From positions 12,676 through 76,675 of the forward strand of contig JAYOBT010000005.1 of the NCBI GenBank assembly GCA_038105035.1: 64,000 nt of DNA. The letters run 5' to 3'. The notes beneath the pieces were generated by a model, which was not told the DNA's origin, did no database searches, and saw only the letters and a program-made list of their open reading frames with translations. The position numbers and the translations under genes were made by a program. Shown here piece by piece: positions 9,303-18,801 of the stretch. The DNA comes from Candidatus Poseidoniales archaeon. Lineage in GTDB: Archaea > Thermoplasmatota > Poseidoniia > Poseidoniales > Poseidoniaceae. How positions within the stretch are numbered: the first letter of the stretch is position 1; each line of letters begins with the position of its first letter.

Positions 9303-9674
9303 TCAAAGAGCAGCGAGTAAGAAGATCAACGAAACGACCCAGAGACCAACGCCGAATCCAACGCCTTTGCCTTGGCCTTTGATTGCATCTTCGTGAACTT
9401 CACGACTCATCTTGAGTGGATTGAGCAAGAGGTCGCGCTGTTCTTGCCTGAAAATAATCAAAGCGAGCATAAAGGCAGCGGCTGCACCTCCGCCAAAGAG
9501 TGTTGTAATCCAACCTTCGACCTCGCCTACAAGTTTGATCGAAAGAAACACTTGCGTAATTGCAAACATCATCCAGAGAAAAGACCCACGTTCTGCTGCG
9601 GCCATGGTATTAGGATAACGGCCTTCTTTTTGAATACATGGCCTACATTCCTGTGTTTGTGCCAACATGCTCAA
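9303..9674 (-). CDS. membrane protein (hypothetical)
   Basis: 123 aa with three hydrophobic segments. The in-frame Met at 9605 is an alternative start. It is the first gene of the apparent four-gene minus-strand unit. Confidence 0.4.
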   Translation of the reverse strand: MSMLAQTQECRPCIQKEGRYPNTMAAAERGSFLWMMFAITQVFLSIKLVGEVEGWITTLFGGGAAAAFMLALIIFRQEQRDLLLNPLKMSREVHEDAIKGQGKGVGFGVGLWVVSLIFLLAAL

Positions 9675-9711
9675 AGCAGATGTTCATGAACAATGACGAC
9701 AAAGTCGTGTC

Positions 9712-10695
9712 ATGTTCGGTTTGAGGTACGCTGTGGGGGGCGCTCCAATCGATCAATCTCTCTCTCCCATTTTGTTCGATCTCGTTCTCGCCCACCTCCG
9801 TTCACAAGGCTTCTTCTCCGAACTCGAAGTATCCTCTGCTACGATATTAGAAGCAGACAATATCGATGAGGTTCTTGGATGGGCGTACATCGAACATGAT
9901 AAACACCAGCCTATTTGGAAGCCTGCCAATCAAAAGTTGAGGTTGTTTCAGCCACATCTCTTGAAAGAAGCAATGGGTGTGATTGAGCTTGCGCCAGATG
10001 CGAGGCTTGTTCCAAGTCTTCAAGCGAATGTTCGACGGACCGAGAATGCTCACATTCCAAATCGATCCTCTTCCGAGGAGGTATGGATCAATCTCACATC
10101 CCCTTTGAAACATCAAATTCAGAGCATGGCGTTTACTTCCATTGATGAGGCATTGGATATTCTTTCAGTCAATGCCCTCCGATACGACGGACAAGGTTGG
10201 TATTGTGCAACCACCGATGGAGAAGGAGTGGTCCATGTGGCTTCGCAATTTGGTATCGACGTTTCCGAGGGGGCCGTCCTTGGCATCAACGGTGGAGGAG
10301 GTGCAGCTCGGTCGATCGCCTCAGCATGGGTCCAACATGGTGGAGGTGTTGTTTCGATTGGGGGGAAGAGACAACTCCCTGCAACTTTGGTCAATGAGAA
10401 AAGGACAACCGAAACGGTTTTTGATTTGATTATCGATACTGAAGGTACGTTTGACGATTCCATAAGTGCAACTGCCCAACTAAACCCTCGTTATTCTCCA
10501 TTGTCAGGTTCAATCGAAGAAAGGATTGAGTTGCTTTCAACAGCCAACAATGTCATTGATGGTCGATGGATGCTTGCTGCTCAACATCTCGAATGTTGGC
10601 GCAGTTTATGGACGCCTCATCTTACAGACAATCTTCCTAATCTTGAACAATTGATGACATGGTTGGTTGCTGTTGAATCCAAATTGGAGCAATAG
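9712..10695 (+). CDS. aroE: shikimate dehydrogenase-like protein (divergent, long)
   Basis: GGAPIDQSLSPILFDL (cf. G.PI.HS.SP), NALRYDGQGWYCATTDGEGV (cf. G.NTDG.G) and GINGGGGAARSIA (cf. GAGGAARA). At 327 aa it is longer than typical AroE. Confidence 0.55.
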   Translation: MFGLRYAVGGAPIDQSLSPILFDLVLAHLRSQGFFSELEVSSATILEADNIDEVLGWAYIEHDKHQPIWKPANQKLRLFQPHLLKEAMGVIELAPDARLVPSLQANVRRTENAHIPNRSSSEEVWINLTSPLKHQIQSMAFTSIDEALDILSVNALRYDGQGWYCATTDGEGVVHVASQFGIDVSEGAVLGINGGGGAARSIASAWVQHGGGVVSIGGKRQLPATLVNEKRTTETVFDLIIDTEGTFDDSISATAQLNPRYSPLSGSIEERIELLSTANNVIDGRWMLAAQHLECWRSLWTPHLTDNLPNLEQLMTWLVAVESKLEQ

Positions 10696-10720
10696 TGATG
10701 CAATCGAATGCAACAATCAA

Positions 10721-13426
10721 ATGTCTCTACAGGAACCGACCTGCATGAGAGAGAGAGCGCTTGCACTCATTTGTTTGCTCCTCTTATCAACAGTTTCCAA
10801 CGCAGCAGCGGTTCCCGAAGAGGATCAAAATTTCCAACCAACACATACGGGCGTGGATTTTCCGGTCGGCTATGTTGATTTTGCTCAACAAGGAGGGGCC
10901 TTCGAAGAACAACACCGATTGGTGTATCCTGCATTAAACAGCGGTGAAGGGCAAGAGATGGCTGGGAATGGCCCGTTTCCTTGGGTACTGCTTCTCATCG
11001 ATGAAAATGAATCTCCTGAGAATTACATGCTCATTTCAACGCGAATTGCTCAACGTGGGACCATGGTTTACATTCATACTGAGATCAACGGTGAAACTAA
11101 CCCTACCTGGCAGAGCCTCATCGATGCCATACTCGATGTCCAGTCTTGGATGAGTCAAGCCAATCAATCCAATGATGTCGTTCTCGGAATGTATGGCTCA
11201 GTTGATGAGCAACACTGGGGTCTCATCGGTCATGGATATGGTGCAGTTTGGGCAAGCAACGTCTACATCAATTGGGATAATTTGGTGGCTGATGAAATGC
11301 TCCAACCACCTCGTGCACTGGTCGGACTCGCCATGCAAGTAGACTCCGTTCAGGACCCAATGGTCACAAGTGGAGCCATGCCGAATGTAGCGCTATTCAT
11401 CACAGGAAGCGCTGATGAGATTGCTCCTGCAACGGAGAACGTAATCCCCGTATTGGAGAATGTCGATGGTCTCGCATGGCAAATCCTACATTCGCTTGGA
11501 GCCAACCACTATCAGTATCAAGACACATCATCCTTCTTGGAAGATTTCAACGATGGCGATGCATCCTTAACACAAGAGGAGCAAATCGACCATGCGATGG
11601 AACACATTCTGCCTTACTTCGATCTAACGCTTCGTGGCGACCATTCCAAGTTTCGAGAGGCGTTCAATCGCGAGAACAATCTCTACTCCTCCTCGGATTC
11701 CAACGGATACGTCGACGAGTTGTTGGATGATGCAAAGTTGATTCGAATATCAAACGTAACCAGCCTCAATGGTACTGTATTCGGTCCTCAGGATGATGCG
11801 GCATTTGAGGCCTTATGGTCAATGAGAAACGGGGATGTGTATGCGGATTTACCCTCAATGTGGACGGTTGAGGCTCATTGCCTGTTGGACAATACTACAG
11901 AATATCAAGCTACGATTTCCAATGATAACGTCTTCTGTACAGTGCCAATGGAAGGAATAGCTCCAGGTCAGCATGAATTGAGACTGGTTGTCGGCGTTGA
12001 AGGTGGGACAGGATTTGCAAGTTTTGACTTCACTCGGACCAACGATCCGATCGAATTTGAGGATCCATTGCCTGAACTTCTCGTCCCTCAGCGTGGGGCG
12101 GTCGTCCTCAATACATCGGATGTTGCCAACGATCCGGATGGGCAAGTCATTCGCATCATTGGTGCTACGCTTCTCGAAAACGAATCGCACTTTTCAGCAG
12201 TCGTTGCCTCAGACGGTCTTTCTCTCACGTTGTATCATTCCATTGACGAGGAATGGGAAGGCACTACGAAAATCAATCTCGAATTGGAAGCAGATGGTGA
12301 AATCCTCGACCAAGCAAACGTGACGATCAATGCTAGCATCCTTCCTGTCAATGACCCAATTGTACGACTATCGACCATTGAGCAACAAACGTTGGTTGAA
12401 GATGGAGGTTCCTTGTTCCTCAATTATCAAAACTATTTCTTTGACCCTGAACAACAACCGTTGACGGTTCTCGTCAATGGGATGCCTCAAGGCATTGGAG
12501 ATGTTGTATCATGGAATGTGTCCAGCGATTCATCGATCATCGAATTCACACCGCTTCCTGATGCAAACGGTGCTGAGGTCCTCCAACTCTCCATCTCGGA
12601 TGGGTTCAATCCTCCGCTCTATGCAGATGTTCCTCTTCGAATCGAAGCGGTGGACGACGACTTTGTTGTTGATGAATCGTCATGGTCTGTCTCGATGGAT
12701 GAAGAAGAAACGCTGCTCTTCGATTTAACTGAATTTGCATCCGATGTTGATGGCGATGTGCTCACATGGACGGTTGAGTCGAGTGGGGAATCAATGATTG
12801 CAGCAGCAGTATCGGGACAAGAACTGCTTCTTTCTGCACTTCTTGATGCATGGGGTACGGATGCAAAATGGTGGCTGAACGTATCCGATGGTACGACCAC
12901 GTATTCGAAGCTGCTCAGCGTAACGATTGAACCGATGCCAGATCAACCAACGATTACCAATGCTTCTGCAACGACGCCTGATGTTTCCACGCTGCTCATT
13001 GCATGGAACTATTACGATGCTGATGGAGATACGATGGATGTCGAAATTCGAATCAATGGAGTTCAATCGAATGGATCTCGAACATGCAGCGAAATGGGGG
13101 TTTGCTCAGAAAACAATTCCATTGTGTTTGATCCTGGGACAATCGTAAACATCGATATTATTGCTCGCGACTCGGAATTTCCAGATCTCGTCATCCGACT
13201 AAATTCGCTTAGAATTGAAGATACGACACCTGCGAGTACAAACGATGGCGACAATTCGGAAGCAAGTTCAGGTGGTACCTTTGTCGCGGCGATCATCATT
13301 GTTCCACTTTTAGCAATCGTTGGTTGGCTCTTGTTCCAATTCAGAAGACCACCTCAAGAGCCGGTTCCTGAAGCAACCTCGGGAGGGTTGTTGGCTCGTG
13401 CAGAAGCGAAAGTCAAGCAATCATAG
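10721..13426 (+). CDS. large secreted, C-terminally TM-anchored surface protein (alpha/beta-hydrolase-like N-domain plus cadherin/Ig-like repeats)
   Basis: Signal-like RERALALICLLLLSTVSNAAA. The hydrolase-fold segment has GLIGHGYGAVWAS. Repeats carry P(V/I)NDP motifs. C-terminal TM FVAAIIIVPLLAIVGWLLFQF is followed by RRPPQ. Start taken at ATG 10721 (10745 is also possible); the track start at 10667 overlaps aroE. Confidence 0.7.
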   Translation: MSLQEPTCMRERALALICLLLLSTVSNAAAVPEEDQNFQPTHTGVDFPVGYVDFAQQGGAFEEQHRLVYPALNSGEGQEMAGNGPFPWVLLLIDENESPENYMLISTRIAQRGTMVYIHTEINGETNPTWQSLIDAILDVQSWMSQANQSNDVVLGMYGSVDEQHWGLIGHGYGAVWASNVYINWDNLVADEMLQPPRALVGLAMQVDSVQDPMVTSGAMPNVALFITGSADEIAPATENVIPVLENVDGLAWQILHSLGANHYQYQDTSSFLEDFNDGDASLTQEEQIDHAMEHILPYFDLTLRGDHSKFREAFNRENNLYSSSDSNGYVDELLDDAKLIRISNVTSLNGTVFGPQDDAAFEALWSMRNGDVYADLPSMWTVEAHCLLDNTTEYQATISNDNVFCTVPMEGIAPGQHELRLVVGVEGGTGFASFDFTRTNDPIEFEDPLPELLVPQRGAVVLNTSDVANDPDGQVIRIIGATLLENESHFSAVVASDGLSLTLYHSIDEEWEGTTKINLELEADGEILDQANVTINASILPVNDPIVRLSTIEQQTLVEDGGSLFLNYQNYFFDPEQQPLTVLVNGMPQGIGDVVSWNVSSDSSIIEFTPLPDANGAEVLQLSISDGFNPPLYADVPLRIEAVDDDFVVDESSWSVSMDEEETLLFDLTEFASDVDGDVLTWTVESSGESMIAAAVSGQELLLSALLDAWGTDAKWWLNVSDGTTTYSKLLSVTIEPMPDQPTITNASATTPDVSTLLIAWNYYDADGDTMDVEIRINGVQSNGSRTCSEMGVCSENNSIVFDPGTIVNIDIIARDSEFPDLVIRLNSLRIEDTTPASTNDGDNSEASSGGTFVAAIIIVPLLAIVGWLLFQFRRPPQEPVPEATSGGLLARAEAKVKQS

Positions 13427-15013
13427 TGGAATGTTGCCGTGTTTCTTTGGAGGGCTCCATTCTCGTTTCGAACGTAGGATTGCCAGTGCACGACAGAGCC
13501 GTAGTCGACTTTCAGTTGGTTCGATGACATCATCAAGCCAACCGTTTCGTGCAGCAACATATGGATCGCCAAACTTTGCCTTGTACTCTTCAACAAGTCG
13601 TTGACGAACCTCTTCCTTCTGGTCGTCTTCCACAGCATTGATTTCTCGACGGTGGATGATGTTCACGGCTCCTTCAGCTCCCATAACAGCGAGTTCGGCT
13701 GTCGGCCAAGCAACGTTGTAATCGCTTTGCAGATGTTTGCAGGACATGGCAAGATAAGCGCCACCGTATGCTTTTCGAGTGACCAGTGTGAGTTTCGGAA
13801 CGGTTGCTTCAGCATAGGCGAACAGCAACTTCGCTCCGTGACGAATGATGCCTCCCCACTCTTGGACGACGCCAGGAAGGAAACCAGGAACATCCTCGAA
13901 CGTAACGAGTGGGATATTGAAGGCATCACACAATCGAATGAATCGTGCAGCCTTGATTGAGGCATCAATATCCAAACAACCAGCAAGAACGTTTGGCTGA
14001 TTTCCTACCACGCCGATGCTACGACCGTCAAGACGAGCAAATCCAATGATGATGTTTTCAGCATAATTTGGGAACAACTCGAGGAATTCCCCATCGTCAA
14101 CAACTTCTTCAACAACACTCACCATGTTGTATGGCCGGTTAGGGTTGTCTGGAACAAGCGATTCGAGCACGTCGTTACTGCGGTCAATTGGGTCCTCTGT
14201 AGGAATGTGTGGTGGTTCAGCATCGTTGTGATCTGGGAGATAAGAAAGAATTTCTTGAACCAAAAAGAACGCATCGTCTTCATCGTCTGCGACCAAGCAT
14301 GCAATACCTGAGCGAGATGCGTGAAGATTCGCTCCACCGAGGCCAGCAGCATCCACTTCACCACGTTGAACTTCGGGAGTTTCCAATGGCGATGAGAGGA
14401 ACAGTTGGCCGTGTTCTTCTCCTAATATGGTGAAATCAGAAAGACTCGCCGCCAAGGCAGAGACACCAACTACCGGTCCCAAGACGAGGCTGATGACGGG
14501 CACTCTTCCACTGCATTGGACCAATCGATCAAGAAGTTCACCCGTTCCTGCCAGTGCATCAATTCCATCGTGCGCTCGTTGACCTCCTCCATCCCAGACA
14601 CAAACAAGGGGCGTCTTGGAGCGTTCAGCCATTTCCACAAGTTTGGCGATTTTTTTGGCGTGCATTTCTCCCATCGATCCACCATGAACGCTGAAATCTT
14701 GTGCAAAGCAGTACACTCGGCGACCTTCTATGGTCCCGTGACCAGTTACAACACCATCTCCAAGCGTTTGGTGTAGGAACATGTTGTGGTCCTTTGTTCG
14801 ATGGGTGACGAATGTATCGACTTCAACAAAGGAATCTGGGTCGAGGAGCAGATCGATACGGTCACGTGCAGTACCTCTCCCTGTGGCGCGGATGGCTTCC
14901 AGTGCCTTTCGTCCACCGCCTGCCCGAGCACGTTCACGACGCGACTTGAGTTCGGAAATTGGGTCACCTACAGGGCTTGCCATACACAGGTCAGAGCCGA
15001 TAAGGTTCTTCAT
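13421..15013 (-). CDS. pccB: acyl-CoA (propionyl-/methylmalonyl-CoA) carboxyltransferase beta subunit
   Basis: Two carboxyltransferase halves, with GGGRKALEAIRATGRGTARDRIDLLLDPDSFVE and the conserved C-terminal half; 530 aa. Confidence 0.9.
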   Translation of the reverse strand: MKNLIGSDLCMASPVGDPISELKSRRERARAGGGRKALEAIRATGRGTARDRIDLLLDPDSFVEVDTFVTHRTKDHNMFLHQTLGDGVVTGHGTIEGRRVYCFAQDFSVHGGSMGEMHAKKIAKLVEMAERSKTPLVCVWDGGGQRAHDGIDALAGTGELLDRLVQCSGRVPVISLVLGPVVGVSALAASLSDFTILGEEHGQLFLSSPLETPEVQRGEVDAAGLGGANLHASRSGIACLVADDEDDAFFLVQEILSYLPDHNDAEPPHIPTEDPIDRSNDVLESLVPDNPNRPYNMVSVVEEVVDDGEFLELFPNYAENIIIGFARLDGRSIGVVGNQPNVLAGCLDIDASIKAARFIRLCDAFNIPLVTFEDVPGFLPGVVQEWGGIIRHGAKLLFAYAEATVPKLTLVTRKAYGGAYLAMSCKHLQSDYNVAWPTAELAVMGAEGAVNIIHRREINAVEDDQKEEVRQRLVEEYKAKFGDPYVAARNGWLDDVIEPTESRLRLCRALAILRSKREWSPPKKHGNIPL

Positions 15014-15021
15014 CGAATCGC

Positions 15022-16365
15022 TTAGTTGAGAATGGTTTGCTGCTGTTCTCCAAACAAATTCTTCGCCATTGTTGAAACAACATCCATGTTGTTTGAAAGC
15101 GCAAAATGGAGCTTGACAACAGCAGCCTCAGGCGATGATGTCAAGCCATGTCCAAGAAGCCCAATATCCTGTTGAATGCGTCCTTTTGAGTAGACATTCA
15201 TATTGATGGGGCCGTGAATGCACTGGTTGACCACCAAGGCAGGAATGCTCAAGTTTGCGAGTGCATCGTGGAGTTCGATGTTCTGTGGTGCATCGTTGTT
15301 TGGATCTTCAATCGGTAGATGGCCAAGTCCTGTTCCATGGATGACGAGTGCATTGACATTCGAACCAACAGCATCGTGAATCTCTTGCGGTGTCAACCAC
15401 GGGCCTGCAATCATTTGCCGGATGACTATGTTCTCGTTGAAACGCAGTGCGTTGGTTGTGGATGGTCTTGGTTGGATGGCTGACCTCGCTTCATTGTAGT
15501 GGTCCCCGAGATTGAGGCTGACATCAGAATTCTCGATATGAACTGTCGCAAGTGGCATTGTGTTGACAGGGCGGAAAGCATCCCTTCGGCTCGAATGGAG
15601 TTTACGAACGCCGGTTGCTGCATGGATTGAGCAAGTTCCATCATCGCTCGTTGTATGCATTGAAACAACAACAGCATCGCTGAGTTCACCAGAGGGCTGA
15701 GGCCCTTCTGCTGCCCACTTGACAGCGGAGATGAGGTTCTGTGCAGCATCTGAGGAAGCCCGATCACTCGACCGTTGTGAGCCAACGAAAGCAATGCGTC
15801 CTGGCGGATTGCCGCCGTTTCCACACCACGCAAATGCGACAGCTGAAGCCGTGATGTGGAGTGTATCTGTCCCGTGTGTGACGACGACACCAACGCATCC
15901 ATCAGCAAACGCTTTCTCGGAAGCGTCAATGATTTGATTCCAGTGGTTTGGACGGATATCTTCGCTGAACATGTTTCCGATTTTATGAACGTCAAGGTTC
16001 GCAATGCTCTGGAGTTCAGGAACGTGTTCAACCAGTTCAGACGGTTCAAATTGTGCTGTTACAGCACCGGTTGTGTAGTCGACTTTCGAAGCGATCGTCC
16101 CTCCAGTGTGAACAATACGAACAGTCGGTAAATCTGGATTTGTTGTTGGCATATCAGATCCGATGGATTCAACGATTTTTGGTTGCTCACAGGAAAGGAT
16201 TTCGATCGAGGAAAGAGGGTGGCTAATGTTGTAGCCATTTGCCAATTTGACAGTGATGTGCTCAGCAACTGCTGGGGGCAGTACAACGCCATCAATCTCG
16301 GTGTCACCATCATGCGTTGTGAGTTTGAGGCGAACGTGACTGCCAACATCAGGGGCCTGTGCCAT
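15022..16365 (-). CDS. gatD: glutamyl-tRNA(Gln) amidotransferase subunit D
   Basis: GatD N-domain followed by an asparaginase-type domain (VRIVHTGGTIASKVDYTTGAV, VVTHGTDT). Start set at ATG 16365 (MAQAPDVG...) because the track extension to 16458 runs through the tRNA gene. Confidence 0.85.
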   Translation of the reverse strand: MAQAPDVGSHVRLKLTTHDGDTEIDGVVLPPAVAEHITVKLANGYNISHPLSSIEILSCEQPKIVESIGSDMPTTNPDLPTVRIVHTGGTIASKVDYTTGAVTAQFEPSELVEHVPELQSIANLDVHKIGNMFSEDIRPNHWNQIIDASEKAFADGCVGVVVTHGTDTLHITASAVAFAWCGNGGNPPGRIAFVGSQRSSDRASSDAAQNLISAVKWAAEGPQPSGELSDAVVVSMHTTSDDGTCSIHAATGVRKLHSSRRDAFRPVNTMPLATVHIENSDVSLNLGDHYNEARSAIQPRPSTTNALRFNENIVIRQMIAGPWLTPQEIHDAVGSNVNALVIHGTGLGHLPIEDPNNDAPQNIELHDALANLSIPALVVNQCIHGPINMNVYSKGRIQQDIGLLGHGLTSSPEAAVVKLHFALSNNMDVVSTMAKNLFGEQQQTILN

Positions 16366-16405
16366 GGTGCTTGGAGTGAACTCCAGCCCTTCAACAATCC
16401 GATGG

Positions 16406-16536
16406 TGGTGCCGGGAGCGGGGCTCGAACCCGCGACCTTCGGATGTCTCAGACACCACAAGGGGCTTTGCACGTCATACGATCGCCTTGAAGGCTGCCCT
16501 ATGAGTCCGACGCGCTACCAACTACGCCACCCCGGC
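16406..16536 (-). tRNA. tRNA-Met (or Ile2; anticodon CAT) with a 55-nt intron after position 37 and encoded CCA
   Basis: The reverse complement reads GCCGGGG-TG-GCGT-AGTTGGTA-GCGC-G-TCGGA-CTCATA[55 nt]A-TCCGA-AGGTC-GCGGG-TTCGAGC-CCCGC-TCCCGGC-A-CCA. The intron contains TGAG, complementary to the anticodon region CTCA. Confidence 0.8.
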
Positions 16537-16559
16537 CTGCTCTCGCCTGCGAAAACCCC

Positions 16560-16568
16560 CATTTGAAG
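16560..16568 (-). promoter_or_regulatory. candidate TATA box for tRNA-Met
   Basis: The minus-strand sequence CTTCAAATG is centred about 28 nt upstream of the tRNA 5' end. Confidence 0.3.
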
Positions 16569-16633
16569 AATGCGGGTTCAAACAGAAGGAATTCGACCGC
16601 ATCCTTCATTCACTCTCACCCATCCGAAGGGTC

Positions 16634-17560
16634 ATGGTCGACCTCTCCACGGCGATGACTGCGGCCCAAGGCGAACGTCGTCAGCGAACGCAAGGAGGTG
16701 ACAAGGAAAAGAAGGTGCGTCGAACAGGTCGAAACCTCGGAATCGAAGCATTTGACCCAGTCAAGCACGTTCAGAAGGAAAAGGCAGATACAGCTTCGAT
16801 GTGGCTTGTCCTTGCGTTTTCTCTAACCATTACACTCCTCATGCGCTATGTATTGATGGATTCCACAGATCCGGAGAATTCCAAGATTCTGTACATTTTG
16901 CCATTGACGTGTATTTTCCTTATACCCACCCTTCACCGAACAGTGATGCCAGAGCGTTTTGTCGAGCATTATGGTGGTGGCACGTGGTTCAAGGCTGCGT
17001 TCTTGCATACCTTCACTTTCCTCGCATTGTCCTTCCTCCTGGTCAATCCACCATTCGGCGATATAGCGGCGCCAGAACTTGCCAGTAAATGGACGGTTGT
17101 CACCGATGATGGTGAGGACCTCGCTTACCCTCACAGCATGGCAACATCGGGAGATACTCTGATGTGGTATACTGAAGGGTCTCCAATTCTTCAGGGTGAA
17201 GCATGGTTGTTGTTTGGATTGATGGACAACGTCAACTCCGATGGGGCTATTGTTGAAGTTACGCGTGAATACCAGGCGAATGAAACCATCCGTGAGGACA
17301 ACATTTCCTATTGGAACAACAACGCTGAGCGCATTGCCAATGGCACGTCAACATCCAACAAATCGGCGCCAAATCTGATGCCACACGGTGATTTGGACCA
17401 GCCTTTCTCCATCTTTTTAGGAACTGACCTTGAGGAAGGAACACACAAAATTGTTGTGAAGATTACCGAGCAAGGAGATCCTTGGGAAAACGTCCAACGA
17501 TACACCTGGAACCTCGTTGTTTCAAGCGATTCAGCTCTTCAAGACAACATGTCCGAGTGA
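16634..17560 (+). CDS. membrane protein (hypothetical)
   Basis: A basic N-terminus and three hydrophobic helices, then a ~170-aa probably extracytoplasmic domain. I did not recognise a family. Confidence 0.5.
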   Translation: MVDLSTAMTAAQGERRQRTQGGDKEKKVRRTGRNLGIEAFDPVKHVQKEKADTASMWLVLAFSLTITLLMRYVLMDSTDPENSKILYILPLTCIFLIPTLHRTVMPERFVEHYGGGTWFKAAFLHTFTFLALSFLLVNPPFGDIAAPELASKWTVVTDDGEDLAYPHSMATSGDTLMWYTEGSPILQGEAWLLFGLMDNVNSDGAIVEVTREYQANETIREDNISYWNNNAERIANGTSTSNKSAPNLMPHGDLDQPFSIFLGTDLEEGTHKIVVKITEQGDPWENVQRYTWNLVVSSDSALQDNMSE

Positions 17561-17782
17561 CGCTTGAGTATGCTCTCAAACACAGAATCGATTTTTTTCG
17601 ACATTCTGAGTTCAACGGTTCTTTGATTCAATTGCTGAATTCGATAACTTCGAATGAAACCAGCAAGTGGAGTCCATGACAAGACATCGAGAAGAGTGTC
17701 AACCGTTTGGTGCATGATGGTCCGAGTGTGCTCTACATGACCCTCTTGTTGCCGAGGCGTTTCGAAAAGTGAAAGTGAACAT

Positions 17783-18739
17783 TCAAGATTTCAACATGGT
17801 GACGAGTTTTGCCGTCATCGCATCCAACTGAATCTTCTCGCCACCCCCCTCAACAAGACGATAATCGACCTCTGCCATGATTTCAGTGAGGTCCAACTTG
17901 TCCATTTCTGAAATGAAATCGACGTTGTACAATTCTCGATGAAGTTGCCCAACAAAATCAGTGCCTGCGAGACCGTATTTGTTCAGAAGTTCCTGAAGAC
18001 GTCGTCGAGCAACGTGAAAACCATCGTCTTTGCATGCCATGATGTATTGATGAAGGGCCTCTGGCGGAGCGGTGGCAGACGTTTCGTAGACGATGGATCG
18101 AGTGATGGTTTCGCTGATGGCTGCAGACACCTGCAAAGCGGTGATGGCTCGCCGCAAGTCACCCTGTGCAATTTTTGCTAAGGCTTCCGCAGCATCGTCA
18201 TCGAGGATGACCTTCTCTTCGCTTGCAACGTGCTTGACTTGGTCAAGAACTTCCGAATCTGCAAGTGGACGAAACCGGAACACTGCACAGCGCGATTGGA
18301 TTGGCTCAATAACTTTGGAAGAATAGTTGCACGAAAGGATGAATCGGCACGTCTCAGCGTATTGTTCCATGATTCGACGTAGGGCGCCTTGAGCGTCGTT
18401 TGTCAAAGCATCGGACTCATCGAGAAAAATGATCTTGAATTTCGCATCGCCATAGGGCTGGGTTCGGGCAAACTGTTTGACTTTCGATCGTATTTTATCC
18501 AACCCTCGTTCGTCCGAGGCGTTCATTTCCAGAAGATTGTCACGATAATGCTCGCCAAAGACGTCTTTCGTTAGAGCCATTGCTGCTGTGGTTTTTCCTG
18601 TTCCGGGCGGTCCTGCAAACAGCAGGTGTGGGAATTCTTTGTGTTCTGCATAGACCGATAAACGACTGACAACAGAGGCTTGTCCTCGAATTTCACCTAC
18701 ACTTTGTGGGCGATGTCGTTCGACCCAAAGTTCGCTCAT
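17783..18739 (-). CDS. rfcS: replication factor C small subunit
   Basis: MSELWVERHRPQSVGEIRGQ, Walker A GPPGTGKTT, LDESD and the SRC motif IQSRCAVFRF. Start set at ATG 18739; the track start at 18772 adds 11 non-conserved residues. Confidence 0.9.
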   Translation of the reverse strand: MSELWVERHRPQSVGEIRGQASVVSRLSVYAEHKEFPHLLFAGPPGTGKTTAAMALTKDVFGEHYRDNLLEMNASDERGLDKIRSKVKQFARTQPYGDAKFKIIFLDESDALTNDAQGALRRIMEQYAETCRFILSCNYSSKVIEPIQSRCAVFRFRPLADSEVLDQVKHVASEEKVILDDDAAEALAKIAQGDLRRAITALQVSAAISETITRSIVYETSATAPPEALHQYIMACKDDGFHVARRRLQELLNKYGLAGTDFVGQLHRELYNVDFISEMDKLDLTEIMAEVDYRLVEGGGEKIQLDAMTAKLVTMLKS

Positions 18740-18801
18740 GAACACCAGAGAATGGCGAGCATCTTTCAACATTCGGTTTGAATTTTTTCGAGCCGGAATC
18801 T

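Noticed and set aside
15426-16049. A 207-aa ORF, same strand but out of frame, inside gatD.
   Set aside because: It overlaps the conserved asparaginase-type domain of GatD, and I see no independent signal.
16366-16458. An N-terminal extension of the gatD ORF (MVSETSEGRGFEPRSRHHH...).
   Set aside because: The extension is the translation of the tRNA T-arm/acceptor region on the same strand. The conserved GatD sequence begins at the Met at 16365.
16437-16491. The possibility that the tRNA-Met intron is a cis-acting C/D-box guide RNA. A CUGA lies near its 3' end and UAUGACG in its middle.
   Set aside because: The C-box is degenerate. The 11 nt upstream of the CUGA (reverse complement ACACCACAAGG) has no complement in the tRNA exons.
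17539-17715. A 58-aa minus-strand ORF (MHQTVDTLLDVLSWTPLAGFIRSYRIQQLNQ...) in the 223-nt gap downstream of rfcS.
   Set aside because: It has no recognisable family and no obvious ribosome-binding or TATA signal. It overlaps the 3' end of the convergent gene by 22 nt. It could be real, but the sequence alone does not support it.
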